This document shows, one piece after another, positions 1 through 9,555 of a stretch of 64,000 nucleotides of DNA. Made by a program: the position numbers and the translations under genes. The notes under the pieces were generated by a model. The model was not told the DNA's origin and made no database searches. It saw only the letters and a program-made list of their open reading frames with translations. The stretch is from Pseudomonadales bacterium (GTDB taxonomy: Bacteria > Pseudomonadota > Gammaproteobacteria > Pseudomonadales > CAWVSB01). The stretch is taken from positions 13,927-77,926 of the forward strand of contig JBKEHH010000014.1 in the NCBI GenBank assembly GCA_046710535.1. Reading direction: 5' to 3'. Each line of letters starts with the position of its first letter. Position 1 is the first letter of the stretch.

Positions 1-1311
1 TTCATCTTCTAACATGTCTTGCTGTCGGCTTAAGTCACCACTGCCATAGCCAAAACAGGGAAAGTAGATAACGTTTTTACCGTTGTTTTTCATCATTACG
101 TTATAGGCATATTCTGGCGGCGAAACACCAGCGGCTTTGGCCATAGCTGCAATGCTATCTTCAGGGCCTGGCTCGTAATTCGGCGGCGACCCTAATTCAT
201 ATAATTTGTCCCAACCGGCAATAATGGTATCCATAAAATCATCGCCCATTAATGGCGCTGCCTCTGCCAAAATAGCTTTGCGAAACTCTGGGTCATTTAA
301 GCGTACTAAACGATCCTTAGGTTCCATAATCGACAGCTCGGCAAAACATGGGTTAAAGCTAAACGGATGAACCGTACTTTCCCAGCTTAATAATAAATTC
401 ACTGGCCGCGCACCCACATGCGGAATCAAGCGAGCGCCTTGTTTGGCGGCTTCTTTCACATAAGCCAACTGCTGCACAACCTGCGTCCAGTCACTTTCGC
501 TGCGGAAGAATAAAATAAAATTGATTTGGCAATTGTTATCGATGGATAGTTTCTTCATCCAATCCATTTCTTGTTGCCAGTTGGTCCAATCAGACACTAC
601 GCCATAAATACCTTTGCCTAACTCACCAATCGCCTCACCAATACCCAGTAATTCACTTTCGTCAGCATAGGTGCCAGGCATAGCTTGGGCTAGGCGGGTA
701 GTATGCAGCTCGGTGCGTGATGTAGTAAAACCGAGTGCACCAGCATTGATGCCGTCTTTTACAATCTCTTTCATTTTGGTGACATCATCAGTAGTCGCTT
801 GTTCGTTATTAAGGCCTCGCTCGCCCATTACATAAGTACGAACAGCGCAATGTGGTACCTGCGCGCCGATATCAATAGCGCGGGGGAATTTTTCAAGTGC
901 ATTCAGGTATTCCGGGAAACTTTCCCACTCCCAAGTGATGCCTTCATGCAAAGCAGCACCGGGAATGTCTTCAACATCTTCACAAACTGATATCAGTTGA
1001 TCACGGGCCTCGGCAGTGGGCGCGCAAGGAGCAAAGCCAATACCGCAATTACCCATAATAATAGTAGTAATACCATGGTTGGCAGCAGGGCTGCATAAAG
1101 GGTCCCAGGTTGCTTGTCCGTCCATATGTGAATGCACATCAACCCAACCTGGAGCTATCAGTTGGCCCTTAGCATTAATTGTCTTAGTCGCTGCTGCAGA
1201 GATATCCCCTATCGCAGAAATCTTTCCATCCTTAATGGCTATATCGCCAATAAAGGCTGGCTTACCTGTGCCATCTACAATTTTGCCGTTTCGGATTATT
1301 AAGTCATTCAT
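1..1311 (-). CDS. N-acyl-D-amino-acid deacylase-family amidohydrolase (3-prime part runs off the window)
   Basis: Own minus-strand translation from the ATG at 1309-1311 (alternative ATG at 1315-1317): MNDLIIRNGKIVDGTGKPAFIGDIAIKDGKISAIG...APGWVDVHSHMDGQ...NHGITTIIMGNCG. The HxH metal motif and layout fit D-aminoacylase/amidohydrolase_3. The frame stays open to position 1. Plus-strand ORFs 799..990 and 1016..1339 are antisense artefacts. Confidence 0.7.
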   Translation of the reverse strand, partial: MNDLIIRNGKIVDGTGKPAFIGDIAIKDGKISAIGDISAAATKTINAKGQLIAPGWVDVHSHMDGQATWDPLCSPAANHGITTIIMGNCGIGFAPCAPTAEARDQLISVCEDVEDIPGAALHEGITWEWESFPEYLNALEKFPRAIDIGAQVPHCAVRTYVMGERGLNNEQATTDDVTKMKEIVKDGINAGALGFTTSRTELHTTRLAQAMPGTYADESELLGIGEAIGELGKGIYGVVSDWTNWQQEMDWMKKLSIDNNCQINFILFFRSESDWTQVVQQLAYVKEAAKQGARLIPHVGARPVNLLLSWESTVHPFSFNPCFAELSIMEPKDRLVRLNDPEFRKAILAEAAPLMGDDFMDTIIAGWDKLYELGSPPNYEPGPEDSIAAMAKAAGVSPPEYAYNVMMKNNGKNVIYFPCFGYGSGDLSRQQDMLEDE

Positions 1312-1567
1312 ACACATAGCCTCAAAATTGGAACCGTAGTTAGGTACTTGTTTTAAATCAGACCATTATCCTAACAAGAAAAGTAGGCGGCATTTATGTC
1401 AGTCAGTTAATGGAAATCAACTAACTGGCCTAATGTTTTTATTGCTAACAATAGATTTTTGATTGGAGCGCTGGTTTTACTAATTAAGCCATCGCTAGAT
1501 GCAATCCGTTCTGTTTAAATGTACGTATTGCTCTAGGTAATTAGTAGATCAAATTAGGAAGACAATA

Positions 1568-2134
1568 ATGAGAAATAACCCTTGGTTTGGACAGGTTATT
1601 GAAGGCATCAGCGCTGATGAGTATTTGTATTGGTTGCCAGAAATAGGTGTTATCTCTGTTTATGATGACAGCCTTTATGACCGCAGCGATTTAGATATAT
1701 TGTCGCCGGGTATGCGAAGCCATATAGCCCAATTTTTAAAACAGCATGGCTGTCATCAAAAGCGCGGCACTTGCATTACTGCGCCTGACTCAATAGGTCA
1801 TTTTTGGCTGTCTAAGCCGTCGGTACTGCTAGCTACGTCCCCTTATGACGCAACCCGTTACTTACCCCGCCAAGCAGGCGACGTTTACATTCTCACTCCC
1901 ACTCAGGCATCAGCGTATTTGCTCGATAATTTGCCCTTGCAGGCGGCCGTCGCCGCCGTTAAAGAGTTAGGGAAGCAACAACCAATGAACATTGGTAAGC
2001 TCGAAGACTACATGCCAGAAGACTTCAATAGCCCAGACTTGCGCGGCGCGTTTACCTATTTGCGCACACAGCAGAAAGCGGTGAGAGCGCAGCCTGGTAA
2101 GAAATTTAAACGTGCCCTTGGTAGTTTCTTTTAA
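1568..2134 (+). CDS. hypothetical protein (no family recognised); has a decayed paralogue at 3543-3830
   Basis: 188-aa ORF with ATG start. The existence of a recognisable paralogous remnant supports real coding. Confidence 0.5.
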   Translation: MRNNPWFGQVIEGISADEYLYWLPEIGVISVYDDSLYDRSDLDILSPGMRSHIAQFLKQHGCHQKRGTCITAPDSIGHFWLSKPSVLLATSPYDATRYLPRQAGDVYILTPTQASAYLLDNLPLQAAVAAVKELGKQQPMNIGKLEDYMPEDFNSPDLRGAFTYLRTQQKAVRAQPGKKFKRALGSFF

Positions 2135-2307
2135 GCTAGCACTGATAGAATTGTTATATTACTGAGGAAGTCTTGCGCTATGGTTGATGTTGAAACTATC
2201 GGCGATAATCAGCTGCACCCAAAATTATAATAATTGTATAAAAAGTTTTTTTGAAACGCTTTCTTTGGTTAATATTGCGCAGTTCCAATTTGTTGGATGC
2301 AGAGCTT

Positions 2308-3269
2308 ATGGTCTTAAAGTCTGAGATCAATAATCAAAACTGGTTTCCACTTCCAAAGCAAGACATGCGCTGAGCGGTGGTCGATAGCCTAATCTCACAA
2401 ATAGCTCAGTCGTATAGTTTTGAGCTTGTTGCTGATGATGATTCTAGGCGCAGCTCTGCAGGTGATATTCAAATTGGTATTGACCTAGTTGAAAAGGCCC
2501 AAATCGTTAAAGTGTCTGCACAGTGGAATAGCAGTAACGGTGCCAGCCATATTAGTAACCATAGCCTGAGCTACACGGCAAGCTTTACGATGAAATATAC
2601 AACACAATGGAACTGCTGGGACGTAATGCAGGCAGGAATATTCTTCAGCAAATCAATGATAAGAAAATAGTAAGAACAACGGACGAAGACGATAAGCTTA
2701 ATAAGATATTGGAAAATCAAGGTGATATATCTTCCGCTCTGAAGGCTTTAGAAGAAAATGATGATACTTATATAAATTTATTAAAACTAAAGCTTAGTTA
2801 TTTAAGTAGTGAGAGTCAGCAGGAAGAAATCATTAAGGAGTTTGACTTAGCTTCTAAGCAACAATTAGACTTGGCCGCTCGGTTAAAGAGAGAGGGGAAG
2901 TTTTAACAGGCCTATGCTAATTTACGAAGATTGTGGTCACGACCTGCATTAGATGAAGAGCTGAAAAGCTCTGTGTTTGAAGAGTTATATTTTACACTGC
3001 CAATTTATCAATTAGATATAGTGCTATCAAAGATTAGCGAGAACTCTCAGATTTGTCAGCAAGACAGTACTTTGTCGTCTCGAATAGCAAAGGTTCAAGC
3101 GAGATTAGAGGCCACGCTTAAACATAATGAACAAGATATGAATAAAAGTACTGAAATTAATCAGCGTTTAGATCAAATAATGATGGTGAGTACATATATC
3201 AGTCAAACTTTTAAGGCGCAGACCATTAGCCAGCTTTCTCCTTTGCGTATATATATCGATGACATATAA
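2308..3269 (+). pseudogene. decayed gene of unknown function (Lys/Glu/Gln-rich, coiled-coil-like pieces)
   Basis: ATG at 2308, in-frame TGA at 2371-2373, then ORF 2377..2670. The frame changes into the overlapping ORF 2607..2906, and a third piece is 2931..3269. The segment is AT-rich. Confidence 0.3.
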
Positions 3270-3542
3270 GGAAAGAGATAGTTATCCAGCGTCAGCTGAA
3301 TTAAAATAACAGATGGAATATTATGATATAGGTTTTGACGTTGAAGAAAAAACTTCAGTTAAAAACAAAGTGACCTATATTTTAAAAGAAGCGGATATGG
3401 CTAAAGCGACTATTCATGCTGACGGAGGAAAAGTAAAAGTTGAAGTGGAATAATGTTTTGGGGCAGCAAAGTTAACTGTGAGACCAAATATTAATTCCTT
3501 AGTTAACATCATCTAATATACTAATTACTCGCCTCACCATCT

Positions 3543-3830
3543 TATGATGCTCCCCGTTATAGTCCTCGCTAAGATGATAAATCTCATATTTTTTCACCCA
3601 CGCAAGCAGCTGCTAATTTATTCGACAACTTCCACTGCAAGCGGCTACTGCAGGTTACTGAAGAGTTAGTGGCACAGCAACTAATGAGCCTTGGCAAACT
3701 TGAAGATTACATGCCAGGAAATTTTGATAAGCCAGACAGTTGTGGTGCGTAACCCTATTTACAGACATTGAACACAGCAGTCACGGTATCTCCAGATAAG
3801 ACATTTAAACATACACTTGGTAGTTTTTTT
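3543..3830 (+). pseudogene. C-terminal remnant of a paralogue of ORF 1568..2134
   Basis: Translation YDAPRYSPR*DDKSHIFSPTQAAANLFDNF...LGKLEDYMPGNFDKPDSCGA*PYLQTLNTAVTVSPDKTFKHTLGSFF aligns with SPYDATRYLPRQAGDVYILTPTQASAYLLDNL...IGKLEDYMPEDFNSPDLRGAFTYLRTQQKAVRAQPGKKFKRALGSFF. In-frame TAA at 3570-3572 and 3750-3752. No 5-prime part is present. Confidence 0.7.
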
Positions 3831-3914
3831 AAGAAAGTCAGAGGGTCTGTAACGATTAACAAATATATATTGCGCCCCATTTAATATTGTTGTTAATTAA
3901 TTTTTAGTATTTGA

Positions 3915-4838
3915 TTAATGGGAGTGAAAGTGCGCGCCGTCATGTGAATGCTTTGCAAGTTTTTTATCTTGTTGTTGTTGTTGTTGTTGTTGTTCTTGTT
4001 GTTGTTCTTGTTGTTGTTCTTGTTGTTTATCTTGTGGCTCGGAAATAGGCGGTGCAATCGCAGCAATACTAGCTGGCTCTTGAGCGGCTTGAAATAGTTG
4101 TGGTGACGTTTTTGTTATACCTGCATGAACATGATGATGGTCATCTTGATTCAGCGGAAAAGTATCGGGATAAGTTGTGTGCTGGTAGCTATGTAACTGC
4201 ATTAATAATAGCAATCCACCGATTAGCATCAAGGCGACATTGGCAGCTTTGCTAAAACGATTAAATGATGCAGTTTTCTTCCATGCTAATAAAATAACTA
4301 GCATCACGCTTAGGGCAGTGATTTGCCCAACTTCAACCCCCATATTAAAAGCCAGTATGTTGAGTATTAGGTCGTCCTTACCTAGGGGTAATTGTTGAAG
4401 GCGTGTTGATAATCCAAAGCCATGAATTAAACCAAATATAAACACCACCCATGTCAAATTAGGCGATGGCGTTTGAAAATATTTTTTGAATCCATCCAAG
4501 TTATCAAAAGCTTTGTAACAGACGGTTAAGGCTATAACAGCATCAATCAAATAATGGTTCGCCTTTAGCGACAATAAAGTGGCGAACACCAGTGTTATTG
4601 AATGACCAATGGTGAAGGCAGTAATAAATTTAATAATATCGCGGAAACTGGTTAAGAAAAAAATCACGCCAAACAGAAACAATAAATGGTCGTAGCCCGA
4701 CAACATGTGGGTAGCGCCTAGGCGCATATATTCAACCGCCCCTGCATTTAATATGCTGGCTTGATCTTCGGCTGACATGCCATGAGAAAAGGCATTAGCG
4801 CTGAATAAACACACTAGGGTAATTGTTAGTAATTTCAT
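3915..4838 (-). CDS. HupE/UreJ-family metal (Ni/Co-type) transporter with a His- and Gln-rich C-terminal extension
   Basis: Signal peptide, HxxxGxDH-like motif (THMLSGYDHLLF) and multiple TM helices. The tail reads DDHHHVHAG...QQEQQQEQQQEQQQQQQQQ...HSHDGAHFHSH. Confidence 0.75.
   Translation of the reverse strand: MKLLTITLVCLFSANAFSHGMSAEDQASILNAGAVEYMRLGATHMLSGYDHLLFLFGVIFFLTSFRDIIKFITAFTIGHSITLVFATLLSLKANHYLIDAVIALTVCYKAFDNLDGFKKYFQTPSPNLTWVVFIFGLIHGFGLSTRLQQLPLGKDDLILNILAFNMGVEVGQITALSVMLVILLAWKKTASFNRFSKAANVALMLIGGLLLLMQLHSYQHTTYPDTFPLNQDDHHHVHAGITKTSPQLFQAAQEPASIAAIAPPISEPQDKQQEQQQEQQQEQQQQQQQQDKKLAKHSHDGAHFHSH
3969..4025. repeat. trinucleotide repeat inside the hupE-like gene: (TTG)8 TTC (TTG)3 TTC (TTG)3 TTC (TTG)2 on the + strand
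   Basis: Read directly. It encodes QQEQQQEQQQEQQQQQQQQ on the minus strand. Confidence 0.95.
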
Positions 4839-5050
4839 CGAGTAATACTCTAATAATATTTGGTTTGATACATTAATAAGAACGCCTAAATACCCATAGG
4901 TGACCTAGTATGGCATTATTATCAGGTTTTAAGTTCTAGCATATAGGCAATATATAGTAACAATGTTGGTTAAATAATGGCTGCGCACTGTCAGCCGTAG
5001 TGGATAACCGTCCCCGAGTTATCCGCAGAAAAATTACAGGCTAAACTGAA

Positions 5051-6040
5051 CTATTTTGACGACGAACGTTTGGCAATTTCTTCATCCAATATTTTAATCA
5101 GTCGCGCTCGATTAAACTCATGGGTTTGGCCATCGTTTAGTTCTAACATTTTGCTAAGTTGACGACGGATAACGCGGTCGGCTTGTGCCACTGTTTCAAT
5201 AACTAAATAACGGCTTTTGGGCGCATCACTGTGCATTGCATGTAACGCCGCTTTACCTACTGGGTCAGGGTCGGGCTGTAGATCCATTTTAGTCAGAGCG
5301 TCAAGCAGATAAGCGCGCTCTTGCGGATACGCGGTATCTTCGGTCCAGTAGTTATCGTCATCCATTAGTTTTTTCGCCGCTACACCGATGTTCGACTTAT
5401 AGGTGCTTGGCTCAATAATATGCACACTGACATCAAAACGTGCCATTTCCGTAGCCAGCGTGTCGGTGTATGCCTCAATGGCATGTTTGCTCATGCTGTA
5501 AGCGCCAAATACAGGAATAGTAACAATGCCCGCAACTGAACCGGTGGTAGCTATACGACCTTTACTTTCAATTATTAGTGGGGCAAATGCTTGAGTCACT
5601 CGCACTACGCCGTAAACGTTAACATCCATCTGGTAGTGTAGTTGCTCTACTGGTACTTCTAGTACTGGCCCAAAAACGTTAACTCCAGCATTGTTAATTA
5701 GGCCATATAAGCCCCTACCTTGTAATTTGACGAAGGTTACCGCGGCGTTAATTTCAGTTTGGCTTCGTACATCAAACTGAACGGCGGTAACGTTGTCCAT
5801 TTTGTTCATGGCAGCCATTTCATTTTTATGTAAAACCCCGGCATAAACGTAAAAACCATTTTGTGAAAGCTGCTGCGTCATCTTCAAACCGAGCCCAGAG
5901 TTAGCCCCTGTTACCAATACGGCTTTTTGAGTCGCGTTTGCTTCACCATTGTCCGCGGCCGTAAGAGATAAGCTCCCACATAGCGCTAGGGTAAGTAAAA
6001 TAAACTGAAATCGTCTCATATAGATTGCCTGGTGGGTCAT
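5051..6040 (-). CDS. SDR-family oxidoreductase with N-terminal signal/anchor
   Basis: VLVTGANSGLGLK (TGxxxGxG), NNAGV, YSMSKHAIEAY (YxxxK). Confidence 0.85.
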   Translation of the reverse strand: MTHQAIYMRRFQFILLTLALCGSLSLTAADNGEANATQKAVLVTGANSGLGLKMTQQLSQNGFYVYAGVLHKNEMAAMNKMDNVTAVQFDVRSQTEINAAVTFVKLQGRGLYGLINNAGVNVFGPVLEVPVEQLHYQMDVNVYGVVRVTQAFAPLIIESKGRIATTGSVAGIVTIPVFGAYSMSKHAIEAYTDTLATEMARFDVSVHIIEPSTYKSNIGVAAKKLMDDDNYWTEDTAYPQERAYLLDALTKMDLQPDPDPVGKAALHAMHSDAPKSRYLVIETVAQADRVIRRQLSKMLELNDGQTHEFNRARLIKILDEEIAKRSSSK

Positions 6041-6294
6041 TGTTGATGGTTACCGCGCTGATACTAACGGTTATTGCCTTAAAAAAGAGAGAAATCGTGT
6101 AGATATTTATAAAACGTTAACTGGTCAGAGTGAATATGGTTCGATCAAACGGTATACTAAGCCTTGCTGCAACAAACTAATAAGGCTATGCAAATAGTAG
6201 TTGTGTTGATCATATTGACTCAGTGACGAAATAATATTTTAAACGGACGCGGTTTTAATCTATAAGGGTTTTAGCCTGTTATATCAATCTTATT

Positions 6295-6501
6295 ATGGAG
6301 GACTATCAAATGTTTAAGTTATTCATCTTGATTATGTTGTTCTTTTTATCAGTTTTGATTGTGCGTGAGTTGAGAAAATATTTCACTCGCGATCAAAAAG
6401 AAGAGAAGTTACGTGATACCCTTATTAAAGGTGATTTAGTCGACATCGAGTTGGAAATTACTGGAGAAAAGCGCGTCAGCAAGATGTTCGTGCTGCAATG
6501 A
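6295..6501 (+). CDS. small single-TM hypothetical protein
   Basis: 68-aa ORF with one hydrophobic helix (FKLFILIMLFFLSVLIV). No family recognised. Confidence 0.3.
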   Translation: MEDYQMFKLFILIMLFFLSVLIVRELRKYFTRDQKEEKLRDTLIKGDLVDIELEITGEKRVSKMFVLQ

Positions 6502-6543
6502 ACGATCTGAAATCAGTAAATAACAATATCAAGGATAAAAGTA

Positions 6544-6899
6544 ATGACTAAAATTCCCGCTAAACTAATCGTATTATGAGTCTTGTTCGCAGCAACCTTG
6601 GTTGTACTTTTTATGGCGTTCGGTATCAATAATGCCGGTCACCGAACCGTGGTGAAGGTGACGGTGCCTATAAGCGTTTCGTAATCGAAGCGGATGGTGC
6701 GCTGGCGCAGAAACTAGAAACCTATGAGGCTGTGATGGGGCGCTTTGCAGCGGCTATCGAGAAACTAAAGAAGGTGCCTGAAGTGCAAATGGGCGGGGGC
6801 GCTGGTGCTGATGGCGGCTCAAACGCCATGACTCTGATTGAAATGATGAGCGTAAAAGCGGCTAAAGATTTGGCTTTGGACATGAGCGTCAATAAGTAG
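6544..6899 (+). pseudogene. SPFH/band-7 (prohibitin-like) gene remnant with a large internal deletion
   Basis: The N-terminus reads MTKIPAKLIVL*VLFAATLVVLFMAFGINNAGHRTVV (TGA at 6577-6579). It joins out of frame to a typical C-terminal tail GEGDGAYKRFVIEADGALAQKLETYEAV...GGGAGADGGSNAMTLIEMMSVKAAKDLALDMSVNK*. The central SPFH domain is missing. Confidence 0.5.
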
Positions 6900-6974
6900 A
6901 ACTAAGTGGTTTAGCAATAAGGGGTCAGAATGAATGATCCCATCAACTACCAATAGTAGTTTGAGGAATCGACA

Positions 6975-7421
6975 ATGGCTTCTGGAAAGAGAGAAACAAT
7001 ACTGACGTTTATTGCCGAGCCTACGTCGGCTAATTTTGCCGGCAACGTACACGGCGGCAGTGTAATCAAATGGCTGGATCACGCCGGTTATGCCTGCGCT
7101 GCCGGTTGGAGTGGGCGCTATTGCGTGACTGCTAATGTAGGTGGTATCTAGTTTCGCAAGCCTATACATATGGGTAACTTGGTTTGTGTTAGCGTAAAAA
7201 TTATCTACACCGGTACATCAAGTGTACATGTGCTTTTGGACGTGAGCGCCACCGATCCTAGAGAAGACAGCTACCAGTCTACAGCTCGTTGCATTCTGGT
7301 TTTTGTTGCCATGGGCGACGATAAAAAGTCGATGGCGGTTTAGGCTTGGGTTGCAGAAAAAAATGTTAAGGCATTGGCTGAAGCGGCAATGCGGTTAATG
7401 CACACTAGCCGAGCGATTTAG
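6975..7421 (+). pseudogene. hotdog-fold acyl-CoA thioesterase (YciA/Acot-like) inactivated by nonsense codons
   Basis: MASGKRETILTFIAEPTSANFAGNVHGGSVIKWLDHAGYACAAGWSGRYCVTANVGGI*FRKPIHMGNLVCVSVKIIYTGTSSVHVLLDV...DDKKSMAV*AWVAEKN... In-frame TAG at 7149-7151 and 7341-7343. The TAG at 7419-7421 may be the native stop. Confidence 0.75.
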
Positions 7422-7601
7422 GAGGATACTCGATCCGCAATAGTTGCTGGCTATGAGTAAATTGTTGGATGACCCAGATTAGTTTGATCCCATCAGTCAT
7501 TCCCGCTTAATCACAGTTTGGCTATTTGGCTAAGCAGAGATTCGGCTCAGTGACGCCCTAATAAACCGAGTTAACAATTTTTAAGCGATTTCGCAATTGA
7601 T

Positions 7602-8365
7602 GTGGAAACAAACGCATTAAAAAGATGGGCTTTATCCCTGACCAGTGGGAAGCAGCTATTGCCGACTGGCCAGTGATGCGGCGCTACCAAGGTGCAGACC
7701 ACGACGCGTTGCGAAATATGGCTTTTCGTTTTTTTGTGCGCAAAACTATTATCTCTGGCGTGGTTTTCAGTTTACTAATGATATATGCCTAAAAATAGCC
7801 ACTAAGGCATGTGTGCCTGTTCTACAGCTCGGCTTAGATTGTTATGACCGCATGTATACCATTATTGATTACGAAGGTGGGTTTATTCCCAATCGTCCTT
7901 ATTGCAGTGCGTATGGTGTTTTTCATACCAGAGGCCCTGGTTTAAGCGGCGAAGTCTGGCTGCATGGGCCGCTGATTTTGTCATGGGAAGTGGGAAGTGG
8001 TAAGTGCAACTGGTGCCCATGCGAGTGCTAATAAAGCCAGTAACGCGGTTATTCATGAGTTTGCACACAAGTTAGATATATTGCGCGATGGTGCCAACGG
8101 CGCTCCGCCTATGCATCCGGCTATGAAACCATGTGAATGGCATGATATTTTTACCGCGGCCTGGGAGCAATTACAGCGAGATATGCAAAACAGTAGGCCA
8201 TTACCCCTGGATGACTATGGGCTAACTAATCCGGCTGATTTTCTTGTTGTGTGCAGTGAGACATTTTTCGAGCACCCAGAAAGCATGAAACAACGCATGC
8301 CAGAGGTTTATCGACTGCAGTGTCAGTTCTATCGTCAACAGCCAGTCGCGGCGATTTACGTTTAA
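7602..8365 (+). pseudogene. mtfA: MtfA-type zinc peptidase (M90) with frameshifts
   Basis: Homology runs across frames. IPDQWEAAIADWPVMRRYQGADHDALRNMAFRFFVRK is in frame 2, which closes at 7790. GFQFTNDICLKIATKACVPVLQLGLDCYD...SGEVWLHGPLILSWEV is in frame 1. NAVIHEFAHKLDILRDGANGAPPMHP...YRLQCQFYRQQP returns to frame 2 and carries HExxH. Confidence 0.75.
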
Positions 8366-8628
8366 GATGATTTTTTAGAGGTAACTAGGTGTATAGTTAT
8401 GGCATATCTGTACAAAATGCATCCAATGTAATGCGTCATGCGGCCACAAGGTCTATAATAACCAACTGTTTAGTATGGTTTTTGCTTTCAGGCGTTGCGG
8501 TGATTGTTTTTAATCAATCATTACCCTTGGTCTAACTAGCAATAATACTTTAAAAACAATATACGCTGTGGCCAGATTAATTAGTGCGACGTATATTAAA
8601 ACAATAATTTTAAAAGGAGCACCTTGTA

Positions 8629-8895
8629 GTGCAAGAGAAAATTACCGTGGTAGTTGATTACCTAAATGAAGTGCAAACACGCTGCACCTTAAGTGCCGCG
8701 GCTGAAGCGATAGGGATTACATCCCAAGCGCTTAAAAAACAAATTGGTGAGCCGCGCCCGGAAGTTTCTTGGCTGGTTAGTCCAACCACTGGCGAGCCCA
8801 TTAATTACGCCGAAGGTGACAAACATCCTGAGCTTTATCGTACCAAGCGAATGATTACGTCTGCGACGGTTTTAAAACGTAACCTTGGCTTATAA
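8629..8895 (+). CDS. hypothetical protein, possible HTH
   Basis: 88-aa ORF with GTG start. Segment CTLSAAAEAIGITSQALKKQIG is HTH-like. Confidence 0.35.
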   Translation: MQEKITVVVDYLNEVQTRCTLSAAAEAIGITSQALKKQIGEPRPEVSWLVSPTTGEPINYAEGDKHPELYRTKRMITSATVLKRNLGL

Positions 8896-8929
8896 AGAGC
8901 TAATATGTTGTTAACAGCGGCCTGTTGCA

Positions 8930-9370
8930 GTGCGCTTTGACTTGGCGTTTAAGCAAATAGCGGAAGTTCAGAGAATAGGGCCATCTTGTGAAGTGCGATG
9001 GCCAGGTCATAAACACCCTAGCAACTGTTCAATACGAGTTCGAAATAATCTTGATATAGACGCTAGCCGTCAGGTTGTATGGGCGTGGTTGACTCATGCA
9101 ACACTTTGGCCTACTTGGTATGAGAATGCTGAAAATGTCTGTATTTTAGATGGTTCAGCGGTTGGCCTCGAAATTGGTTCTACTTTTCGCTGGAAAATCA
9201 TGGGAATCACCGTCAAATGCATGGTGGTCGAATACATCATTAATGAACGCCTGGCATGGAGTGGTCGAGCTTACGGTATTGATGTTTATCATTCTTGGGT
9301 TCTAGCGCCGTTAACTAGCGGTTGCAGTGTAATAACAGAGGAGACGCAGAGATGCTTGCTAGGCTCGTAA
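8930..9370 (+). CDS. SRPBCC (polyketide cyclase/dehydrase-like) family protein
   Basis: ASRQVVWAWLTHATLWPTWYENAENV...FRWKIMGITVKCMVVEY...RLAWSG is typical of SRPBCC domains. The start codon is uncertain. Confidence 0.5.
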   Translation: MRFDLAFKQIAEVQRIGPSCEVRWPGHKHPSNCSIRVRNNLDIDASRQVVWAWLTHATLWPTWYENAENVCILDGSAVGLEIGSTFRWKIMGITVKCMVVEYIINERLAWSGRAYGIDVYHSWVLAPLTSGCSVITEETQRCLLGS

Positions 9371-9555
9371 AGATGTATCTGCCTGCTAAAATGTATAGTA
9401 CACATCAACTATGGCAAGACTTTTTGCAAGCAAATGCGTGCAGTGGGCTTCCACCAGCAGCATAACTAAGAGCTGTTGCACTGTTGAAGCAGACGATTGT
9501 TAAACTACTTAAACTCATCAAAATATCTAATAATCTAGAGTTATAAATTGACATC

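Noticed and set aside
4990-5030. Hairpin GGATAAC-N9-GTTATCC downstream of the SDR gene, considered as a terminator.
   Set aside because: The stem is only 7 bp with a 9-nt loop and no U-tract in the transcribed (minus) orientation. Support is weak.
6975-7421. All in-frame stops in the thioesterase are TAG, raising the possibility of amber read-through or recoding.
   Set aside because: Other broken genes in the window carry premature TAA (nhaB, 3543-3830 remnant) and TGA (SPFH, 2308 gene, 48227 copy) together with frameshifts. TAG is also used as a normal stop, for example by tniQ. Ordinary pseudogenisation is the simpler explanation.
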